From a virus: 64,000 nt of DNA. Numbering within the stretch: the first letter of the stretch is position 1; every line of letters starts with the position of its first letter. The notes under the pieces were generated by a model. That model ran no database searches, was not told the origin of the DNA, and worked only from the letters and a program-made list of their open reading frames with translations. Positions 30,201-39,200 of the stretch are shown one piece after another. The translations under genes were made by a program, and so were the position numbers. The stretch covers positions 32,001 through 96,000 of IMG/VR virus record IMGVR_UViG_3300021130_000224; one strand, 5' to 3'.

Positions 30201-33200
30201 TGGTAATAAATATCCAATAACAGATGGTAAAATTGAAATAGTTCAAGATTATACTACTTATACTATTATCCCTAAAATAGAAGGCAATAATATAAAAATT
30301 GAAAATGCTCAATGGTCAATTAAAGATCCTAAAACAGGAGAAGTTAAAACAGCAGAAGCTAAAACAGCTTTAAAAGACGTATTTGAACAAAAACTTAAAG
30401 AGCAATATGCTGATCATTTAGCTAAACAAGCTGAAGCAAATAAACCTGCAGAACCTGTAGTTACTACTGATGTACCTGTATCGGATATAGAAGCTAGAAG
30501 AGCTGAGATAGAAATAAAAATACAGGAAAAATTAAAACAACTTGATGAAAGTGATAAAAGGTCATTAGAGGCAATAATGCCTAATAATCCTAATCATCCT
30601 ACATTTAAAGTAGGCATGAGATATAATGATGGCATGAGAGTAATTATTCAAAATGCTAAACCTTCAGATAATTTTGATGGTAGAGAAGATAGTTATATTG
30701 CAATTACTAAAATAATTGAACCTGCTGAATATAGAGCTGATGGTAAAATGACTAAAGCTGCTAAAATTGAAACTACAATATTCAATACTAAAGAAGAAGC
30801 TGATAAAGCTATTGCAGATACCTATGCCAAAATTCAAGCACAGGTAAAAGAAGGTAAACGTCAAAAAGATGCAAATGCTAAATTTGATACAGAACTTGCT
30901 GCTTTAGATAAAGAAGGTACAAGTACTACAGAAGAACCTCAAGTAATACCTGCTGAACCTCAAATAGAAACTAAATCAGGTAAGCCTGAAACTACAAGTA
31001 ATGTTGTAGAAAGTGTTAGAGAAAAAGCACAAAGACTAAAAGACCAACTTAATGGCAATCCTCCTAATACAAGGATTGTACAACCTGGAGAAGTAGCTGT
31101 TAGTGATCACAAAGGACACGAAGAATTTATTACTTGGTTGAAAGATAAATTACCGGGTGTTAAGTATAATGAACTGCACGATGTTGTAAGAATAACAGGT
31201 GCTAAATCTGCATGGGGTATAGCGAAAGATCACATTATTAGTGTATTTAAAGATGCACCACTTAGTGCAAAATATCACGAAGCATTTCACCCTGTATTTG
31301 ATGTGTTTCTTACTGACAGAGAAAAAGCTAATGTGATCAGAGAGTTTAAGAATAGACAAGGTAAGTTCTTTGATTTAGGTTCAGGTAAGTATATAAACTT
31401 TGCAGATGCTACTGTATATCAAATTGCAGATAGACTTGCTGAAGAGTTTGGTATATATAAGACTACCGGTAAAATGCCGGAATATACCCCTAAACAGCAG
31501 AATTTCTTTAAAAGATTGTGGGCAGCATTAACGAACATCTTCCGTACACCAACAACTATAGATAGTATCTTTAAAAAAGTAGATGAAGGTGGTTTTAGAA
31601 ATACAGAACCATTACGTGAAATAGGTATTAATAACTACAGTACTGTACAAGGATTAAGAAATAGATTTACTGAGCAGGAAATATCTGCCAATGTAAAAGG
31701 TATAGCACTTGAGATATACAGAAATCTTAGATTAGATACTGGTAAAATGCTTAAAACTCTTGAAGGTAAAACTACATTCAAGGAGTTAATTGATCCCATA
31801 AAAGAACTATTTAACTGGAGATTTCATCTTGAAGATTCTGAAGCTAAATTTATGGAGAACGGTGTATTTACAATACATGCACCTGATTCTCCATTTGGTG
31901 ATGTACAGAAAGATAGTTTAACTCAAAATTGGCAAAATGTTCTTGATAACTGGGATGATTACATGTCAGAAGTAAAGTCTTTCCTTAAAACAAAGGGTAT
32001 TGATTTTGTCAAGAAAGAAATATCAGGTGACCTTGAGGAAGGTGAATCTATTAAGGAATCTGCAGGTGAAGAAAGTAATAATAGAGATTATGCAGGTGAC
32101 ATATTTCAATCAGATGCAAAGAATAATTCTCCAAAAGAAATAAAGCTGATATTTGGTTTTGTTACTGAGGATGATTACGATAATGACCTTATAGCAAAAA
32201 GTAATTTCCGCTTACAGGAAAATCCAAAACCTAAAATGAATGCTATTTCAGGTATGGATCAAATGTCAACCGATACTGATTACTTCTATGTTGTAATGAA
32301 GGAAATGGCAAATGTATCCGGCCTTGATGAGATGAAAAATAAATTCTTATCTCTTGCACAAAAAATACCTTCATTAGTAAGGCCTTACAAAGCTATATTT
32401 GGTGAACCTACTGCAAATAATCAACCTACGGCAGAAATGCTTAGACTGCAGCACTTATTTGAAAAAACATTTAATAAGCAGGTTGTTACACCTTTCATGC
32501 AGAAGATCTCAGGCAAAGAAAGTAGTGCTACTATAAATTCAGATAGTGAACGTGATACACGTCAGATAGTAAATGATTTCTTGTCAAACATGACAGGTCT
32601 TCATATGAATACCGATATAGTATCTATGGATCAACATGGTAACTATACCTTTAATACCAAAGTATTAAAAGATCCTACTCATAAAGATTTTATTCCTAAT
32701 CCAAGAAATGGTCAGTTCCCTGAACAGAAAGAACAAATGTCTCTTGAGTTTTTGAATAAGATAGGTTTTAATTTTCCTAAAGAAGTATTTAATAAACTAA
32801 GTAAACAAGATAAAGAAAAGCTTACTAAAGAATCAATGAGACTTTATGATGAGCTTTATAGAGTAACTGCAAAAGGTTCAGGTGCACTTATATCAAGGTC
32901 AGGTATAACTACACCAGCAGTAGATAAAATAGCAGACATTTATCTTAAAGCTGAACGTGGTTTTAGATCAACTCAAAGATTTACAATAGATGGAGAACCT
33001 GCTCAAAGGTATGTTCTGCATAATAATTTATCCCAAAATTTATCTGAGATCAATCAAGTTGAATCAAGGGAAAAACTTCTACAGGTTAAACCTTATTATG
33101 GTACAGATCCTTTCTGCCAAGAATCACTTCTTTTGAAAGAGAATGGTATGTGGTTTGCTGAAACTGAAACCAAAGGTGATACAAGGTATACACCATGGAA

Positions 33201-36200
33201 AGATAACTCTAAAATGCAGGTTACTGTAACAGAAGGTATTGATTCAAATGGTAAAAAGGTTGCAAATAAAAAAATGAATGCAGTTACCAGGTTCATGCAA
33301 GCAATGAATATGAACCTTTCAGGTAATTTCTACTTTGTAACATCTGCAGATAGTTCACAAGATTGGGGGGCAAGAACAGGTGAGACTGGTAAGTTTTATA
33401 TTCCACCTTCTGTCTACAACAACACTAAATACGTTGGTGATATTTTTGCCGGCTATTTAAGAGCTGAGATAGAAACAATCAAGGATTTTAATGTAAATCC
33501 TGAAAAGCAAAAGTGGGAGCAGCTTAATAAAAAAGTAGGTGGTAGTAAAATAGGAGAGCAACTTCGTTTCTTCAAAGGTCTTCTTTCTAAAGATGCTGTA
33601 AAAAAGGTAGAAGAATATGCAAATGGCAAAGGTCCAGATGCAGAGTTAAGTACTTCTGAATTTGTTAAAAAGATTCAGTCTGATGTAAATGAAGGCTTGA
33701 ATAAATACATAAGTCAGCAAGTTGAAGATGCTAAAAAGATGTTGCAAAAAGCATCTATAATAGAGAAAGGTACTCAAGGTTATAGATGGTATGGTTTAAG
33801 CGAGAGAGTAAGAGATTTACTTAGTGCTGACCTTGAAAATAAGCTTGGTAGAAAAGAAAGACCCACCGGTGATTACAAGAAGGATAGAGATCTTCGTATT
33901 GTTTATAATGAGAAAGAAATAAACGATATTATTAAGTTTAGAACACTTAATCATCTTGCTCATGGTATTGAGATGAACAAAGTATTCTTTGGAGATCCTG
34001 CTATGTATAAAGATCCTTTTAAAAGAATGAAGCTGTTTATGTCAGGTAAAGACTTTACTCATACCGATAAAGGTATAGGTGTAAGTAATCTTGTGTTAGC
34101 TGATAAGTACAATAAAGTAGGTGCTCATACTTTAAAGAAAGGACAAGTAGGTTATCATGATTTTACTGATACTCTGAAAATATTTACTTATGACTTTGGT
34201 GATAGCCCAAGTACTAAAATTGCATCTGCAAACTGGAAAGAATTACCTGAAGCATATCAAAGTAATAATTCTATTGATGGTCAGTCTCATATAATGTTAC
34301 CTTTCTACCGTGAACACAAGTTAAAGGAGGGTACATGGCCGGATGATAGAGAAGCTCAGTATCAGTATGATCTTGCTTTATTTAGAAGAGAGGCAACCAA
34401 GAGGTTTAATGCAGGGGAGAAGAAATTTGAGAAGTTTGCTTACAAAAATAATGAAGATGACAAAGCCCTAAAAGCTGAGGATGATAAACTGCTTGCTCAA
34501 GGTAATCCTAAGGTAGCAAATGCATTTTATATTGATAAGCCACTTGCTGTAGGTATGTACCAATCACAATCAAGAATGGTACCATATGCACTTAAAACAT
34601 CAACTCTTCCACTTTCTTGGGAACTTGTAAGAGGTAAGGCACTTGAAGATAAATACTTGATGATGCTGGAATCAGGTACTGCTTATAGTGGTCCTAAATC
34701 TCAGCAAAAATTTGGTATACCAGAAGGTGCACCTGAATTGTATAGTAAAGTAACAGGAAAGCTTGCTCTTACTGGTGAAATAATAAAAGCAAAACAATTA
34801 CCTGTTAGTTGGTCAGACTGGGGTAAAATATTAGAAACATCAGGTGAGAAAGAAAAGATTACTCTTGGTTCTCAGGGTACTAAACTTGATCATCTCCATT
34901 TGTTTACAAGAGGTATACCTAATGACTTTATGACAAATCTTTCTTATAAAGAAAGAAATGATCAATGGTCTAAACTTTCTCCAAAGGCCAAAATTGAAAA
35001 GAGCGAGTTTTATAAACTTTATGACAATAAGAATAAAGCGTTAAGTGCACTTGCTTCTCATGGTCTTGAAGTAATAAAGGATGAAATAGGTATAAGTAAA
35101 AATGATGCCGGTGAATATGAATTGATGGATGCTTCTAAACTTGTACATTTTCTTAACCAGGAAATTACCAGAAGAGAGTTACCTCAGAATATGAAGGATG
35201 CTTTAGGTGTATATTTAAACCCTAAGTCTGGTAAAATTGAGTTGACAAATGCTCTTGAAACACTTGCTAATTTCAATCAGATACGTTCTATCATAAACTC
35301 TCTTATCGACAAACATATTAACTCACCTAAAGTGAATGGTAAAGCATTAATACTTGCTTCATCTGCAATGTTTGAAGATGCTTCAAAAGGACTAAGAGTT
35401 GAAAAAATAAATGGTAAAGATGTACTTGTATCAGATCATCTTGAATTTTACCGTATAGGTAAAGATGGTAAACCTACTAGGAGAATGCAAGTAATGATGA
35501 CCAACTTTATGTATAATGAGTTAAAGAAGAAATCTAAGCTTTCTGATGCTGAATTGATGAAATATCTGATGACAGAAGAAGGTAAAGAACTTTTGTATGG
35601 TATAGGTTTCCGTATTCCTACTCAAGGTCTAAACTCTATAGATTCATTTGAAATAGTACCTTTTGATTTAAGGTATGATAAAGATGGACAAATAGATTAC
35701 GAGAACAGTAAAATGTTTGTTCCTAATACATATGGTGACATGATGGTTGTTCCTGCAGAACTTACTACAAAAGCAGGTTCCGACTTTGACGTGGATAAAT
35801 TGTTTAGTTATCTGAAGAACTTCTATATTGATGGTAAGGGTTACCCAAGACTTGTAAAGTTCTTAGATGAAAATAACTCTACTCCAGAAGAAAGATATGT
35901 TCGTTACGTTAAAGATAGTGCTGATAAGAAAACAAAAATTGCTATTAGTGCAGAACGTACTGAAGAAGATGACTATGAAAAAGAACAGTTCTTTGGTAAG
36001 TTAAAAGATGAAGTAAAACAAGCAAGAGAACTTGGTGTAAAGGATATTAAAGCTAATATCAAAGAACAAATCAATGACATTAGAAAACAGGCAATAGAGC
36101 AATCAGATAGTGTATTTGCAGAGCTTAGAGAGGTAGGTAAAAAACTGTATAGCAATTTAAGTGAGGAAGTACTTACTGAGTTTAAAGCTCTTGCTGCAGA

Positions 36201-39200
36201 AAACAAAACTAATAGTGTAAAAGGCCCGGCAGAGATAACTTCTTATTTTACTCTATCTTCTGTTCTACTTGAAAGAAGTGACCTTGATGAGAATGATAGA
36301 AATAGTCTTTTAAACATGAACCATCTCTATCAGAAAGAACTTGAGCAATTAGGTTACAATCAGGAATGGATAGATGAAAGAAAGAAAGAGGTTATTGAAA
36401 AATATAAAGCAAGCAAAGAGCTTATTAATGCTAAAATAGGTGAGATCAGACAAGGTGAAGTTTCAGCATTCTTTGAAGCATTAAATAAGCTAAACAAAGA
36501 AGGTGAGTTTGACTTACATAAAAAGATAGCAGAAGCATCAGGTATTATGTCTTTTGAAGAATTTAATACAAAAAATATCTTTGAACAGAATACCAAAGAA
36601 GCTATTGAGAATAAGTATCAGCAAAACATACATGATATTGTAAGCCATCCTTATAATTTTGATAAGCTTGTTGAGCCCAATAGTGCAGAAGAGCTTAAAT
36701 CTTTTGAAGCTAAACTTGAAGAAACTCGTAATTCTAAAAAGTCACAGAAAGAAAAAGATCTACTTGCTGAGGAAAAAGCACGTAAGAAATCAGGTAACGT
36801 AGATTACCTGGATACTATTGACCCTATCAAGGTGTCAGAACAAAGGCAGGTAATGCTTACTGCAAAAAATCAAATAGGTATTGCTGCTCAGGCAAATACA
36901 GGTAACTCACTTGCACATAGTGCACCAGAGCCAATTGTTATTGATTCAAATGTACCATTGTCTTCACAGGATCTTAAAGAAATACCTGTAGATGCAAATG
37001 GTAATAAAGATTATTCAATAAAGCTTGCACACAATAGTGTAGAAAAAGATGGTAGAAAATTACCTACTATATCTGGAGGAGAAGTTAATCTTGGTAAGAT
37101 ATCCGGATTGATTTCACAAATAATAGATGGTTCAGTGGATGCTGCAAATGATCCTTATTTGATGAGAGTATTCCCATCAAAGGATGCTGTATCAACTGCT
37201 GTTATGTTGACAAGGCTTGGTTGTGATATAGGTGATATAGTAATGTTCTTGAACCAACCTATTCTTAAAGAATTGTATTCTAAACAAGAAGCACTTGCAG
37301 CAAGAAGATTATTTGATCCTACTTATAGGAAATCAAATGATACAATGCTTCAGAATGTTAAAGCACAATTTGGCAAAGGTAAACCTGTGTTTGTAGATAA
37401 AGTATTGTCTTTTGATATGTTATCTGATATGATTGCTGAGTATGAAGTAAATCCTACCTTGAGAGGTAAAGATGAGTATTCTGCATATCAACGACTGATA
37501 CTTGATGAATACAAGAAGTATAAGCTTTACTCAGACCATCTGTTCCAATTCCAAATGGGTACTACCTGGGACGGTTTGGATAATCCTTCTCCTGCTTCTG
37601 TTTATTTAAAAAACAGAATATTGGAGCAAACTAAATGGGGTAATGTATTTGGTGACGGTAATCAAATACTTAAAGATAGCTTTGTAAAGACCAGAAAAGA
37701 GACTGTGGAAGAAGGTGCTAAAGCACTTGAAAAAGTATACAAAAATACTTTTCCTTACATAAAGTCTATATGGGATGCATTTAGTAAACGTACCATTCGC
37801 ATAGGCAATGATGCTAAGAGAGCAGCAATGGATAAAGCCAATATTTCATTTATTGATTACCTTACTCAGATAACTACATTACCAGGTGGTAAAACAATGA
37901 ATGCATATATTGGTGAATTGTTCTTTAAAGATGATGTGTTTGCACAAGAGTTTAATAAAGCAAAAAGAGAAAATGCTAAAAAGAAAGGAACTCCTGAGTA
38001 CAACATGGCTTTGAACATGCTAAGGTTAGATAGACAGATCTTCTCAAGGGATAGCAGAACACTTTCATTGAGAGAGAAATCTAAAGATGCTTCTATACAA
38101 AATATTCTTACTGACAGTTTCAGAGAACTGAAGCAAAGTAACCCCGCACTTTATGAGAAAATAGTTTTATTTGGCCATCTGCAGTCAGGTGTTACTGATA
38201 CTAAACTGTCTTTCAATAAATTTATACCTCACGAAGATTATAGTAAAGCTTTGATAAGAGGTATTGAACAACTTGATGGAGGTGATAAAACTATTCTTGA
38301 ACAGTTTACTAAAACTAACCAGTTTTATAAAAACAACTGGATAAATGATGAGATAGTACCTTCTGTAGGTAGTTATCTTGAAGGTGAATATAGAGCAGAT
38401 AATGTTTCTAATTCAGTAATTGTACTTCAGAAAGGTAAGTATGGATCTGAAAATCCTGCTGTCAAGGTAATGAGTAGACTGAACCCTACAACCGGCAAGT
38501 ACTATACAGAAGCTGAAGAAGCTGATCTTGAAGGAAAAGGTTTTAGATTTAAACAAACACCTAAGCTATTCCGTAGAATAGAAACAGACAATGAACCATA
38601 TACAGTTACTGATTCTAAAGGTAATGAGTACTATGTATTCAAACAGATAAATGCTTTAGGTGATGGTAATAATGTTCAGGAATACTATACCACAAATGAA
38701 CCGTCAAAAAGAGATCTTCATTTTAAAATAACAGAAGACTCAGATGATACGGTAATAGATGCTGTTGATAAGAGATACTCTGGTGGCAAGGTAACTAATG
38801 AGGAAGAAGATATGGATGATACATTTGAATCAACATCTACTGTTGCAACACCTATAAATAGAGAGTTGTCAAACATAAAATTTGAAGAACATCCATCTAC
38901 AAACTATGCAGACAGAACAAAAATAAATGCTTCTTCTGATGCAACTATAGCACTTGCTACAGACTTTACTTCTGCTGGAGAAAAAGCTACTAAAAATTCA
39001 GTAGAACAGCAAGGTAAAAAATACATACCAATTGATTTGAATAAAGGTTTAGACGTTACTCAAGAAAGAGTTAACAAATTAGTACAGATGCTTAATGAGT
39101 CTGCAGGGAAAGATTTATTTGCTAAAAAAGAAATATCTCTAAACATTGCAGGTAATGGTATATATACTATGAAAGGTAGATATACACAAGAGCAAGTAGA

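Noticed and set aside
35800-36620. Possible intein after the RNAP DFDVD motif
   Set aside because: The insert is a charged helical region with no C/S...HN-C/S/T splice motifs and no LAGLIDADG blocks.
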